Notes under the pieces: model-generated
Told to the model about the DNA's origin: nothing
The model's input: only the letters and a program-made list of their open reading frames with translations
Databases searched by the model: none
Shown here: positions 41,501 to 54,480 of the stretch, in pieces
Position numbering within the stretch: the first letter of the stretch is position 1
Layout: every line of letters starts with the position of its first letter
Made by a program: the position numbers and the translations under genes
NCBI RefSeq assembly: GCF_964204865.1
Contig: NC_135252.1
Span: forward strand, 6,634,001-6,698,000
DNA: 64,000 nucleotides
Direction: 5' to 3'
Source: Styela clava
Taxonomy: Eukaryota

Positions 41501-43416
41501 TAATACATATAGGCAATAGGCATGCCCAACTATCCAGGATGATGCTTTTCCTGTGATATATATATAGCGTAGTATAAATGCTTTTGCCAGACATTCAGAT
41601 AAGATCACTCATATCCTCACTTAGTGATAAGATTTGTAGTGTAATTGTAATGTTATCTATCTATTGTCTTATCTATAAATATTTCTCAATTATGTTCAAT
41701 ATGCTTTCAGGTCCGAGATTTGTCTATATCCTATTGTCTAGTTGTTGCTACATACGGAATAATTGGTATGTCAATCTATATGTCATTTCCAGATGAAAAA
41801 GCATGTCTCAGACAGGTATTATTTTATATGGTCATCAAGAAAGGATAAAAATAATTGCAACTGACTACAACATAATAAAACGTCCATTTCCGCAAAATGT
41901 CTAAGCAGTGGTTCCCAAACTTTTATTAACGTTACCCCCAAATCGAAATACCCAAAACTCAATTACCGGTTTCATAAAAATATAGTAGTCATAATCGTTA
42001 TCACTTTTTCTCTGACCAAGAATAGCAACAATACTTACAGCTATTGCATCTTTCAGTCTTGCTTTAAGATGATAAACTTGTGCTAGCTTAGCGTTTTAGC
42101 CCACAATCTGTATGGTAAAGTATTGTTATTATGTCCCCAACTGTCTAGATGCGATCATTGTGTGTCCATTCAACAGACTAGTCAAAAATAAAGGGATCAA
42201 AATATAAATTGTTAAAACAGTGAACGCCTGGATTGCCCCCTAAAATTTGACAAATTATCCCTTTGGTGGTGATTACCCTCAGTTTGAGAACCACTAGTCT
42301 AAAGCATAGCGCCTCATGAAGTTCATTACAAGGTGTCAGCTTTTGATATATTCTTTATCATGATTTTTAGAATTTCTTCGAAAACATATCAGTAACGGAT
42401 TCTGTATCACTTGTAGCCCAGCTGATGTTATTTTTCCGATTGGTCACACTATTTCCACTCGTGACCTATATTCTAAGAGTACAAATATTTGTTCCTACAA
42501 CGGGCAAGGAATACCCCGGGTAAGTGTTCAGCATTTTGAAGTTTCACCTATATAGGCTACACTATAATCCAAAATTTTTAGTTCACGAGTTCTTATTTGC
42601 TTGGGTTTTACGTAGCAAATTTGTGTTGCGAATTTAAAGTTAGCGCTGTTGACTGGATAGCAAATCTACTCATGATATTCTGCAACACTGAATTGCAATT
42701 GTGAACTGTTGTACATTACATGAGGAGAATTTGAATTTGTAAAAATGCTGTACAGCGTTGAAGTTCTTTGATATTCTTTTATATTGCAGACATCTTCACG
42801 TTGCTGTATTGAATATAATCGTCGTAGCACTGTGCGTTTTTTGTGCTGTATTCTTTCCAAACATTGGTGACATAGTGAGGTAATAGTTATCATCTTTTGT
42901 ATAAATCTTTGGTAAATACAAATCAAATACAAAACATAAAAATATTGGAATGAACATCTTGTGATTTTAATATAAAGTAATTATCGGTTTATAGTTTGAT
43001 TAATAAATTTGTTTTCTTGGGTTATACTGTGGCTATCATGAATTGCTCAACTCATGTTTAGATTTTTCAAGGGGAAATGCTGAGACATCGCGATATGTAT
43101 ATATTCGACTTCGTAGTTTGAAATCGATAATTATTTGATTGAGTAATACTGCACTGTTTCAAATGAAGAATAATCAAAATTCGTTTGCTGAGATATCTCA
43201 TGTTTTCTCAAACACAGATTGTTTTTCAGATACGCTGGTGCTTTCTGTGGCATGATTTACATGTTTTTATTGCCTTGTATTGTCGACGGAATACTTGAAT
43301 GGCGAGAAGATAAAAGACTCAAGCAGCGATCAAACATTTCGCGGCTCGCAATTCATTTGGCTATTTGCATCTTCGGGGTCGGAAATTTCTTTGCTCAATT
43401 CGCCGTGAATGAATGA
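38528..43416 (+). CDS. SLC38A9: SLC38A9-like lysosomal amino acid transporter; 12 exons, ~503 aa
   Basis: Exons 38528-38613, 39059-39154, 39399-39556, 39656-39702, 39915-40041, 40164-40289, 40867-41100, 41325-41431, 41711-41815, 42371-42519, 42790-42879 and 43230-43416 join in frame (1512 nt). Motifs [44 protein letters not shown] and [15 protein letters not shown]; N-terminal dileucine motif ENTPLL. Confidence 0.9.
41906..42296. mobile_element. hAT (Charlie-like) MITE in an SLC38A9 intron
   Basis: TIR cagtggttcccaaac / gtttgagaaccacta; TSD gtctaag/gtctaaag. Confidence 0.8.
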
Positions 43417-44482
43417 AGTAAATCACTCATGTTGTCACTTTGGAACGTTCTTAAACTTGAATTGTACAAGTGTCATGACCACAAAAATGCAAAGTTATGC
43501 ACAATGATAGTTGTACCGTGCATGAAACTATTTAGTTGTATTGACGTATAATAAATACTCAATGTGAGGTTGTTTCACGTCAAGAAAAAACAAAATAAAT
43601 GAATTTTGTGAGCTTATTTCATGTTACATCCTTCAATATGCATATACTGCCACTACCATTAATCGAAAGAAAATACATGCAACTTAAATGTGATAATCCT
43701 CGTCATATTGCATGAAATAGCCGAGTCTGTGTGTACAATAAAATATCTGGACTACCTGTCATACCCCATATATTGAAGATCTATAACTCACTAATTCGCA
43801 AACAAGTTTCGGCACGTGTCATGACAGTAACTAGAATATGGTCAAGCAAATCTTCAGAATACTGGACTGCCTGTCATACTGCGTGGTTAGAATACCTTTC
43901 TTATTCGTAAACTCCAACGATAAACACACACACGCACGTATAGGTAATACGTGTCATAGCAGGGAAAGTAGCACAATTTGATTAGATCAACAGGCAAATT
44001 GAATATTGTCCAGCTTTTCTCGTGAAATAAACACGAGTGACGTTAATTAATTTATCTATGGTATTTCGGCCACCACGGCCACAGACGCTTGACTCGGGCA
44101 TCTAGCCTACGAAATCCGTCTTCTACTCAAACCAACGGAGGGCAACTAACTCGCCTTTTTGAGGTAATTTGGCTTTGAAGCTGGCGTCGGCGCCATGTCA
44201 TTTGATGTGTAACACAACTCGGATACAGTAGTTGGGTATTTTGAAGCTTTGCAATCGAAAAATGTAAGCTTGGAAAAACAGGATATGACGCGAAGGTGAT
44301 TCGACCTTTAATTTTGTCAGATAAATCAGTTATTTTAACCGATGTACCGCGGTTTATAAAAATTGCTAAATTTAGGTTCAGCGTCTACTAAATAGGACCA
44401 CATGTACAAAGAGACACGCACAACGGCAAAATTTATTGTATATTTGTTAACTATGAAAATTTAGAACTATTATATAACTAAT

Positions 44483-45437
44483 AACAAGAGAGCTATGCTC
44501 AAATTTATGGACACGACGTCCATAACGAAATGTTTTACCATCAATGGACCTTTCCCCGACCTTTGACCCCCGGAAAATGATTTCTATACTTTACCATTGC
44601 AAAATTTTCGGGGCTATTTTAAGAGTGATTTTGCGAGTTGGCGCCTGTAAAATGGGGTATGTGTTTCAAACCATCATTATGATTCATCGCATACAACAAT
44701 CTGATTTTTAAAAGTACCAGTAAAGAATTTTAGCATGGGGTATCACAGCTATTTCCACACTAGTTTTTTATTACTGCAATTAAATTAAAACTCCTGGGAA
44801 GACATGGTGATCATTGAATTATCTGATTTATATTTAAGTTTCCGAAACACGAATGAAAACTAACGAATAGAGTTCAAAAACAAGGTAATGTTTACGACCA
44901 CGCTTGAAAATATGTCTGAGTGAAAAAAGGGTCTGAGCGGATGCGAAAAGGGAGCATTGTTACGTCACTGTTTGCATCTTGCTGATTGGCCAATGTCACG
45001 AAGTAAACATGGAAGTCGATGCTCGGGGAAAGGTCCATTCCCCGAAAATCATACGGTATCCTAAACGAACCTGAACAGCCACGGTAACTTACCAGTACCT
45101 GTATCAGGGTATCGCGGACTGTCCTAGCTTTTTCAGGTCCTGTGAAGATGATCTATGATACATGATTCAGTTTTTAAAACCGTGTTCCCATGAGTAAAAA
45201 ATAATACAGCGAAATTTTAAGTGAAATATCAGGTTCTATGGAAAATTTAGAAATAAATAAAATTAATAATAGCCTTCTAGTGTAAAATCTTTCACCAATG
45301 AAAATTTCAAAGCAATTAATTGGTCGAGTAGTATAGGACAAAAGCGATTTTCTCATAACGATAAGAAGAAACGTTCTAACAACAAGAATAACAACATAAT
45401 AACAAAACGATCCATAGGTCCACTCCGTGTCTAATAA
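44483..45437 (-). mobile_element. HINE-like element, family B, with a nested MITE
   Basis: Ends aacaagagagctatgctc (hairpin gagc-ata-gctc on the minus strand)...ggacacg and cgtgtctaataa; degenerate (AAC)n tract. Confidence 0.75.
44543..45039. mobile_element. MITE with 17-bp TIR (Academ-like termini; class uncertain)
   Basis: Perfect IR aatggacctttccccga / tcggggaaaggtccatt; no TSD seen. Confidence 0.75.
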
Positions 45438-46132
45438 CTCAGAAATTCCGTGTCCCATGGGAAACACAAATATGTGCTGTCCCATCCCATGGACAAGCCT
45501 GGTTTTTGCAGTGAATTGAAACAACAACAATTATGATGACAAAAAAACAGTTTTAAATTTGGGAACCTATTTTACACAACTCACGCGTAAAATTAGGCTA
45601 AGCGTAATTATTGTGCCGGATTATTGTGTACCATTCTAAATTTTAAGTACGCTAACGCATGTTATGTGCATGTGTGCAAATATCTAATAAAGCGACGTGA
45701 TAGATGACAGAACAATTGTCTCTATGGATGCTTCCCCGACTCACGAGCCCAGAAACATTCTTTCTATCGTCTACCATTGCAAAAATAATTAACGCTTATT
45801 TTGAAAGTGTTTTAAAAAGTTAGCATTTATAAACTAGTTTCATATGTTCAGCAGCATTGTTTTTGGTAAAAACAATTAACTACATGCCGCTTACAGGTAC
45901 TGATATCTAATTTTAGACTACAGTTTATCGCAGCTTTTTCGGGACTAATTTTCGATTATTGCAACTAAACTAACGCTCTCTGGAAGGCATAATGGCACTT
46001 GTGTTGTTTGATTGACAAATAATTTTTGGAAACACAACTGAAAACTGATAAATAAGACAAAAATCCACGAAAAACAGGCATTGTTCACACCACGGCTTTC
46101 CAACTTTTTTCGCATTGTTCACACCAGGGCTT

Positions 46133-46478
46133 AGGATAGGATAGGATTTACATATTTATCCCGGGGGAGAGGAAAGCCGATAAGACGGCTTATCCATATG
46201 GCGAACCACGGCCTCTCGTCCGGTTACCATTCCAAGTCGGGCATGGGATTAGTTTTTACTGTATTGTTTGTTTTCGGAAGCATGGACTTGGTGGTGGAGG
46301 AAGCCGTAACCGACCAGCGGTTACGTGAACCACCCAACGACGGCGAGGAGTCCAGCAATCCTCTCGCACATAACCATCCCTGCATGGGATTCGAACCTGC
46401 GAACCCACGCAGAGTAATTAGAGGTGCGGTGGCGAGCGTATTCCTAACGCTTAGCCCGCTGAGCCACACCGCCGCGCC
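46133..46478 (-). mobile_element. tRNA-derived SINE
   Basis: Minus strand begins ggcgcggcggtgtggctcagcgg (A box), has B box ggttcgaatcc and ends in a short (ATCCT)n tail. Related fragments at ~54560-54665. Confidence 0.88.
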
Positions 46479-46875
46479 AACTTTCCAACTTTTTTTCGCT
46501 GTGAACTCCTAAATTTTCATTCAAAGTAGTATGGATCATAAGTGTTTATTGAAGATATCCAATGTTGAATCAATAACTGTCTTAATAAAATTATTCAATT
46601 TTAGTTTACTCAGTATTATTACTATATTCAATTTTGGATAGACAGAAAAATATGCTTGATGACCTTGCTTGCCGAGTTTAAGTGTTTCATTTAGAATTTT
46701 GGTCAGACGAAACGTTACAGAAATACATTCGTGTTAATGTGAAGCAGGACTCTTGAATTGCTCAGTAATCTAACAGGTGCCCTTTCGTTTATTTCAGTTT
46801 AAGGTCTGGTATAGTTTAGTACCACATGCACTTCTAGTTGGCCTGGCTCAACAATTTTTGCAGATGTCAATCCTA

Positions 46876-48841
46876 ACCCCCACCGGACCACGTCACCGAA
46901 AAATTACGTCATTTCGATGTCACGGTGGCGTAATGAGACCCACCAAAGTATGCAGATGCTCGACCAAAACGCGCAGATGATAACCCGAAATCGAACAAGT
47001 TATTTTTCTCCACACAACGATCACAATAGGAGAGAGATCGCCAGCTTTAGCGAGCTCGTTATGGGCGGCGCAGATGCCATTTCGGGCGATCGTAATTATA
47101 CTTTGGCAAGCTATATGACGTGATGGTGACGTCGTAGTGACGTAATTTTTGGATGGCATAGTCAGGTGGGGGTAGGGTTGCCAACATGAGTCTCAAGTCT
47201 CAATAAAGGACATAGATTACCGTCATCATTTATTTTGTAACTTGCAGGAAAGAACAATATAAAACAATGAAATACAAATTATATACAAGCTAAAAAGATA
47301 TATTAGAAAATCTTCATGTGTTTTTCATTTAATTCTTATTTAACATTGACCCAATCAAGCTCTAATTTTCCAGTTGCATAAGTTTATATTTCTTAAAGTT
47401 ATATCAGATCTGACTCTTTGCTGACTTCAGCAATTGTGGGTCACGTTTTATTTTTTCCGGAAATTCACGACACGTGTCTTTCAAGTTGAAGTATATTATT
47501 AAAGCTCACTTTTCATTAGTTGTTGTATTCATATTCAAATTGGGTTTGTTTTTAGCTTCAAATGCTCTACAATTTTTACAAGTGTCTGATATTATGGAGA
47601 AGAATTATCCAAAAGAGATAATTTTGTAAATTTTCCAAATGTTGAATTTTCATAAAAGTCAAATTTTTTTTCTAAATACGTTATTGCAGAGTTGAGAAAT
47701 AATATAAAATCTTCCGTTGCCTCTTGAGCTTCAGCAGCACTCACATTTGCAAGAAGGTAGTGAACATCATATCCAAAAAATTCTTCATCAGATCGAGATT
47801 TTAACCTATTTCTTAATTTAGTGAGAATAATGAATACATCTGCTGTTGAAGTTTCATTTTTTGCAGTTCTTGAACAGCTGATTTAAACATATCCATTACA
47901 TGTTGTGAGAATATTAAATTCATTTTAATAAGCTGAGGAACTTCTGTTGACTCATTGTCAATCATAAGGAGTTTAAGTAATTGTTTGGAACATTCACCTG
48001 GTCTGCTCAAGAAATAAGAACTTGAAGCTTTCCAAGAAAGTAAGATTCTTCCCATGCATGGGTGCAGAGATAGCCACCTAGTAGGTACATGGCGCAGAAT
48101 TTCATGAAATTCCGTCTCTACAAATATATGAAATTATATAAGTTTCTCGCCTTTTTGCTGACATTGAGACATGATTGTAAATTTCCAAGACAATATTTTC
48201 AATGCCAACATTCAAATTTCATAAAGCAAATTTTAATTTATTGTGTACTATGTGTGCAGTGCAGTTAGCCTTAATAATACCATCATTTAGTGTGCGAACA
48301 TTAGTATATATAAAGAGGTTGTTTTTCTCCAAAGTTGCAATTTGGGTTATCTGCACTTAAACAAGAAACTCTTTTCCAATCTAGTTGTAAATTGTTCATA
48401 GTGTTTTTCAAACAAGTAAACTTCCATCCGCACTTCCATCTGCATTCTCGAAGAAATCGATAATATAAGTAACTGTGCCATGTTCCAAGCTAAAATACTG
48501 AACACAGACTTGAAACATTTTCATGTTTTTGTGATTTGAAGCATCAGTTCGTGTTGCCACTTGCCATCTTCGGGAAATTAATGTAAAATATTTGGAATGT
48601 TAATAAAATTGGTATTTCTTTGGCTATTTGAGCCGGACTAAAGCGGAATTAAAAAGAATAAATAAAAGCTTCAAATGAACGGAGGCGATTTAAGAACGGA
48701 ACAATATCAAACACAGTATTATAACTATCGATATTGGAAAAAATAAAGGACAATTATCATCTTAAAAAGGACAAGGACAAAAATCTCAAATAAAGGATTG
48801 TCCTTTGAAATAAAGGACGGTTGGCAACCCTAGGTGGGGGT
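46876..48841. mobile_element. TA-flanked long-TIR MITE (~300 bp) whose right TIR is split by a hAT element
   Basis: acccccaccggaccacgtcaccgaaaaattacgtca matches the reverse complement of tgacgtaatttttggatggcatagtcaggtggggg[hAT]t; flanked by TA on both sides. Confidence 0.7.
47173..48832 (-). mobile_element. hAT (Blackjack-type) transposon with degenerate transposase
   Basis: 13-bp TIR tagggttgccaac / gttggcaacccta; perfect TSD ggtggggg; minus-strand motifs TDASNHKNMKMF, NCTAHIVH and LRHVPTRWLSL. Confidence 0.92.
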
Positions 48842-49398
48842 TAGAAATAACATATGCAAAATCGTTATACTACGCCCAATGGAAGTACTTGTGGTACAAA
48901 ACTATACTAGACCCTCGATCAGTTTATCCAAGAACATATGAGAAGAGCAACAACTTTAATGAAATGTACCAATTCAATATATGTAGCACTTTATCTGTAA
49001 CTGCGACCTTGTTGGGACGACCTGGTTCATTCCCATGCTTGAGCAACCGCATAAATTTCAATTGTTACGTCATTTTGAATTTATTGCTAATTTGTCATTG
49101 TTGCGGAAATAAATAGGAAAGTCGATTCTCGGGGAAACATCTATTGTCTGGCGTTATGCTCTTCGGTTTGAAACGCGGCTCGGACAGTAACAGTACGTTT
49201 TCGTATGCCTTCTTGGTAGATCCGCAGTATCACCTAAAAATTCGATTGCCTGACTCGAACTGTGTCTGAAAAGGCATACCTGCAAGAAGCGATTGATAGT
49301 ATAAATTCTTAGATTTATTGAGTAATAAATTAGTAAAGATTTGATTTAAAAACCATATATTTATTTATTATTCACCACGAAAACTCCATAGATGTACC

Positions 49399-49555
49399 CA
49401 GTGGTGGGATTCAAATTTATTGTCAGCCGGTTCCATCATACAAATGTCATATTTCAGGCGGTTCTGTTACAAAAAGTCATGTAATGCTAACCGGTTCGCT
49501 GATCTCATAAAATTCCGTGAGACGGTTCTATGGAACCGGCTGAATCCCACTACTG
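49399..49555. mobile_element. hAT MITE (cagtggtgggattca family), inverted
   Basis: TIRs plus perfect TSD gatgtacc; ends 125 bp upstream of the aminopeptidase ATG. Confidence 0.92.
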
Positions 49556-49679
49556 GATGTACCGCCATTTGGAATGTGAACATTTTTATTGTTCGTGTGG
49601 GATGTGTGTTAAAAGTTTGATTTATAAAGTTGTTTGTTTGATCATATATCGATTGGTGGTCATGTGATTTGCAAAACTG

Positions 49680-51781
49680 ATGCTGTCAGCGCATATTTTG
49701 CTGACGCGGCGGCATATTTGTTTTTTACCTGCTACCAGAAAGTGGATTAATCATTCACTGAAGGATCGTCACTTCAAACTTTCTGGAACTCTTGTAAGCA
49801 GACATATCAGTTACAAGTATTCAAAAATGAAGCTCCCTTGTGAAGTTGTACGATGTTCGTCGTTTGACGAGGGGGACTGGGATGGAATTTTGGTGGTGAC
49901 TGACAGTCTCGCTAAACTAGATGGCCCACTGGTGGGTCTGAGAAAAGCTCTTGAAGATTTAAAACAGGTGGACGCCGCTGTTGGAAAGGATGTTTGCGTT
50001 GCTGGATTGGCAGGAAAAATCAAACGAGTTGTGTTTGCCCCAACTGGTCCACTGAATCGTGATTATGATGACGTTAGACGGTTTAGTGATGCTGCTGAAA
50101 AGGGGATCAAAAGAGCAATTAAGGCTGGTTGTAAATCTCTAGTTGTAGTTACTACCAATAATGAACCATATCCTCAAGCTAGGATAGTGACAGCATTGGG
50201 TGCATTGCAAGCTCTGTATGTTCCTATCGAAATAAGAGATGATTGTCCAGACAGAGTGACTAAAATGAACAAGGTTGGTCTTTGGAATATGGATAAATCA
50301 CTGCTTCTAGATGAAGCTTTAAAGGCGTTGGAATCTGGAAGATTGGTGTGCAGAGATATTGGGGGTTCTGATCCAGAAAAAATGGCAGCACCCAATGTCG
50401 CTGAATATGTACAAAAGGTGTTTGAAAATTCATCTGTTTTAGTATCTGTCATCTCAGATGTTAATGAAATCGAGAAAAGCTACCCTTGTTTGGGAGCTGT
50501 GAATCGCTGTGCAAAAGTTATTCCTAGACATAATGCCCGTGTTATAAAATTGCAGTATTCTGGTGAAGGACCTATCACTGACACTTTGTTCCTGGTTGGA
50601 AAAGGTGTAACCTATGACACTGGCGGTGCTGATATTAAAGCTGGCGGAGTGATGGCAGGCATGCATCGAGATAAGTGTGGTGCTGCTGCAGTTGCAGGGT
50701 TTTTTCAAGTGTTGAACGTAATGAAGCCGAAGCATCTAAAAGTTATTGGAACAATGTCAATGGTTCGCAACAGCGTCGGTGCCAACTGTTATGTCTCTGA
50801 TGAAATTATTACAACAAGGGCAGGAGTCAGAGTTAGAGTTGGCAACACTGATGCTGAGGGCCGTATGGCCATGTTGGAATGTTTATGCGAGGCCAAGGAG
50901 ATTGCATTAAACGAAGTCAATCCCCACCTCTACACTATCGCCACACTAACTGGTCATTCTATCATTGCAATGGGGCCCAATTATTTTTGTGCAATGGATA
51001 ATGGCCCCGCAAAGATAACTAAAAATGTTCAGAAGCTACAAGAGTCTGGAGAAGCATTTGGCGACCCATGTGAGATATCGACTATTCGAAGAGATGATTA
51101 TGAATTCCACACTGGCAAGTCAGAATATGAAGATGTTCTTCAGTGCAATAATCTACCATCTACACGAACACCGAGAGGACATCAGTCACCGAGTGCGTTC
51201 ATGATTATGGCTTCTGGACTAGACAAGGTATGTGTATTTGTCAGTCAAGTTTATAGCAGATAGAATAGATTTGTAAACGAGAGAGCAATGCTCAAATATA
51301 TGTACACATGGGTTAGGCATTGGTATGCTAAAGTCTGAGACCCCAGAGTTTGCTGAATGGGCAAGCAAATTTTGAGGCGATCAAGCAATACAAAATAAAA
51401 AGTGATATACCTAAATTCAAATAAAGCAGCAAAATTTTTGTGGAAATGTCGATATCGAGAAATAAAGTAATAGCCTTCTACCTACTTTTTTAAGTATTGA
51501 AATTTTGAAATCTATTGATTCATTAGTTGCAGTGAAAATAATCTATTTCCCAACAAAAGGCATTTGGCGAAACAACCCATTAGCCCACTTTTTTCTCGAT
51601 ACTGCACATCTATTTTACCCACACTATATAAGCCGAACCTTTTATTTTTCAGCATGGTGTAGATTCAGAGAAGCCGTTGAAATATACTCATCTTGATGTA
51701 GCTGGATCAAGTGGACCATTTCCAGGTGTTCCTACAGGATCTCCTGTTGTGGCTTTGGCTGCACATTACAAAGTATTCTAA
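49680..51781 (+). CDS. M17 leucyl aminopeptidase (W07G4.4-like putative aminopeptidase); 2 exons, ~558 aa
   Basis: Exons 49680-51227 and 51653-51781 join in frame. M17 motifs VGKGVTYDTGG, MHRDKCGAA, NTDAEGR, IATLTG and YTHLDVAG. Alternative in-frame ATG at 49827. Confidence 0.95.
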
Positions 51782-52848
51782 TGGAAACACAACTGACCAA
51801 GCTAAATATTTTAATCATGATGTAATATGATTCTAATTTACGCCAAATTTAAAAAATCTTGAAATTATTCCTGTTATCCAAATTGTGCAAATATACTTGC
51901 CTGTGAATCAAATACTATATTGGTTAGCTGACTTATATCTGGAATTGTGGCCGAGGTTATGTTAAAACACCCAGTTAGACCATTCACTCAGTGTATAGAT
52001 ATCATATACTCCTTCGCGGTACGTTCATGGATATCATGAACACCCTCGCAGTAGAAAGCCTATGTTGAGCGTTGTTAGTTGGGATTTGTGGACAGCTTAG
52101 TTGCCATTGACATGCTTTTGGAATGTCTGAAATTATTTTCAAACAAAGCTTACTGTTAATTAGGTGTGCTTCATATTATTATGTGTATATGTAGCTGATT
52201 TACCTCACCGCTCCCAAACCAAGGTTCATTCGAAGTTTTATTACCGGTAAGTGATCGAGAGTGATTCTTAATATGAGATCACGAATTCGTGAGAAAATAA
52301 ACACACCGTAATGTTTGAAATACCCGTGGAAGCCAAGGTTTTCGGGGAAAGATAAAGAATTTTTACTTATTTATCCTGTGGTCTTAATCTGTATTAGTGT
52401 CAACTGCACGCCCTATGTCAAAACACAAAATAGTACCATTGTCGATGTGTGTCATTCCATCGAAAGTCAGCACGATTTACTGTCGATGAAGGCTCAATAT
52501 TTCCAGTAGTTGCCGAATATACTTCACCAGATGTCGGAGATGATTTTTCAGCCGGTAGGGGAAATTTGTGAATGGCGACAGTTCTCCTTGCCTAGACTGA
52601 GACGACGGAGGAACCTATTGATAGTGGGTTATGTGCAAAGGAGAACCCGTTCCCAAAATTTGGTACCCCAACTCTAATGTCAAAGTACCAGGAAACGTTA
52701 TGTTACAGCTTTTGCACCCACCGACATTTCCACCCATAGATTTCAACACCCGCATATAGATTGCACTTGCACCCACGGACATTTGTACCCATAATATTCG
52801 TGTCCATATATTTGAGTATAGCTCTCTTGTTAGTTGTAAAGAGAAAAA

Positions 52849-52958
52849 GGTACTCCTGAAGTATGCGCACCAAGATGTCGCGCAACTTGGACCCTAACCT
52901 GTTACACATCCTGAGTTTAGGTTATGCGCCATCTTGGTGTGCATATTCCAGGAGGTCC
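52849..52958. mobile_element. Short Merlin-like MITE
   Basis: TIR ggtactcctgaagtatgcgcaccaagatg / catcttggtgtgcatattccaggaggtcc; TSD gagaaaaa/gacaaaaa. Confidence 0.75.
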
Positions 52959-54324
52959 GACAAAAAAAATATATATATAGCATTAACAATATACTTTGTG
53001 AAGGGGCTGATGATCACATGTATATATAATAGTTATGGAATAAAGTCAGTAAATATTGTTGTTTTGCATGTCTCTTCGTACATGTAGTCCTGTTTAGTAG
53101 ATGCTAAACCTAAATTTAACATTTTTTATTGAATTGTATTTCAATGGGAATAAGAGAAAAACAGGGAGCGAGAAACGACCTCAACTCGGCCAAAGCTTGA
53201 TTTATATGAAACAAGTTGTTTACAGCATAGGTTCTCAAAGTGCTCCACACGAAGCCTCAGGCCTCCGTGAGAGAAACTAGGGTTTCGGAATCGGAAACAG
53301 AGTTATTTCAACACTGATTGACTTCAGATTATTTTTAAGCAAGATATCGCCATTACGAAACATTTCAAGGTCGGCGTTAAAATCTCAATGAGTACAATTC
53401 GCAATTGCGCAAAGTATTCAATCCATGTCCGATACGGGCATATTCAAAATGCCCTGCTTTATTGGTTTAATTGTGTTCAATGTAACCTGCGGTTGCATCG
53501 ACGACAATATAAAAAAGCATTACCACTCAAAATTACCACCGCAATTCGCGGGCATAAAAATGTTTGGCAATGTGTCAGATTATATCTTGCCCTATGACAG
53601 TGCTGCCACTCAGATTTTTTTTTGAAACATCATCGTTTGAATAATCCCCAAATCGGGAAAAAATACCAAGGATTGAAATTTGTCTTATTGCAATGAAATT
53701 GATTGATATACTTTCCACATTAATTATCTTATACAGTGTATCACACTTGAAAAAAGTCGGGTGGGGCTCCGTCGGTAGTTTCAGAATGGCTACAGAGTTA
53801 CATCGCGCGCACAATTGACTGTTTTTCAGTTTCAGTGACTACGGTATAATTTCTAAAGACAACCTAACATATATAACACCAAATTTTGTGATTTACAATG
53901 TCTGAAAAAAGCGTTTTTAATCCGGCGCGAGCCTGCTGAACCAAAACTTCTGTCATTATCCTCCGCTTTAGTTTTAGTATTTTGTAATGCCGCCTTTCAA
54001 TCACGAAATATGGGTTGAGGATTCACCCTTTTGTTAACTATTTTTAGCATATCGTCGCCGTTGATTAGAATATATTAACCCCTTCTTCGCACTGAACTCA
54101 CAATTCCGTGCGAGAACAAAAAAGTAATTATCGTCGTCCTCGTGGAACAATACCTGCATATTTCGAGGAAAATTTGTGATTTAGGGAGAATAGGTACCGA
54201 ATTTTATCAGCGCAACTTTTTTAGTTATCCAAAAATACTTTATTAATGTTTGTAAAGTACTTTTTTATGTTTGTAAAGTGTCAAATGTACAGCCCTAATA
54301 TATATAATTTATTTCGGGTTTAAA

Positions 54325-54480
54325 AGTACGTGGGTGCAAATGTACGCGGGTGTAAATGTACCGGGTGCAAATGTCCGTGAGTGCAAATGTACATGGGTGC
54401 AAATGTCTGTGGGTGCAAATGTACGTGGATGTAAATGTATGCGGGTGGAAATGTCCATGGCTGCAAATGTCCGTGGGTAC
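54325..54480. repeat. ~15-bp tandem repeat array (gggtgcaaatgtacg-like)
   Basis: About 10 degenerate units; explains the spurious repetitive ORFs at 54309-54602. Confidence 0.8.

Larger units (their letters stand above)
45725..49143. mobile_element. Older relative of the 44543 MITE, expanded by nested insertions
   Basis: TIR tggatgcttccccga / tcggggaaacatcta; both subterminal regions resemble those of 44543-45039. Confidence 0.65.

Noticed and set aside
46380-46478. tRNA gene
   Set aside because: The A/B boxes are followed by a unique body and an (ATCCT)n tail, with related fragments elsewhere, so this is a SINE head.
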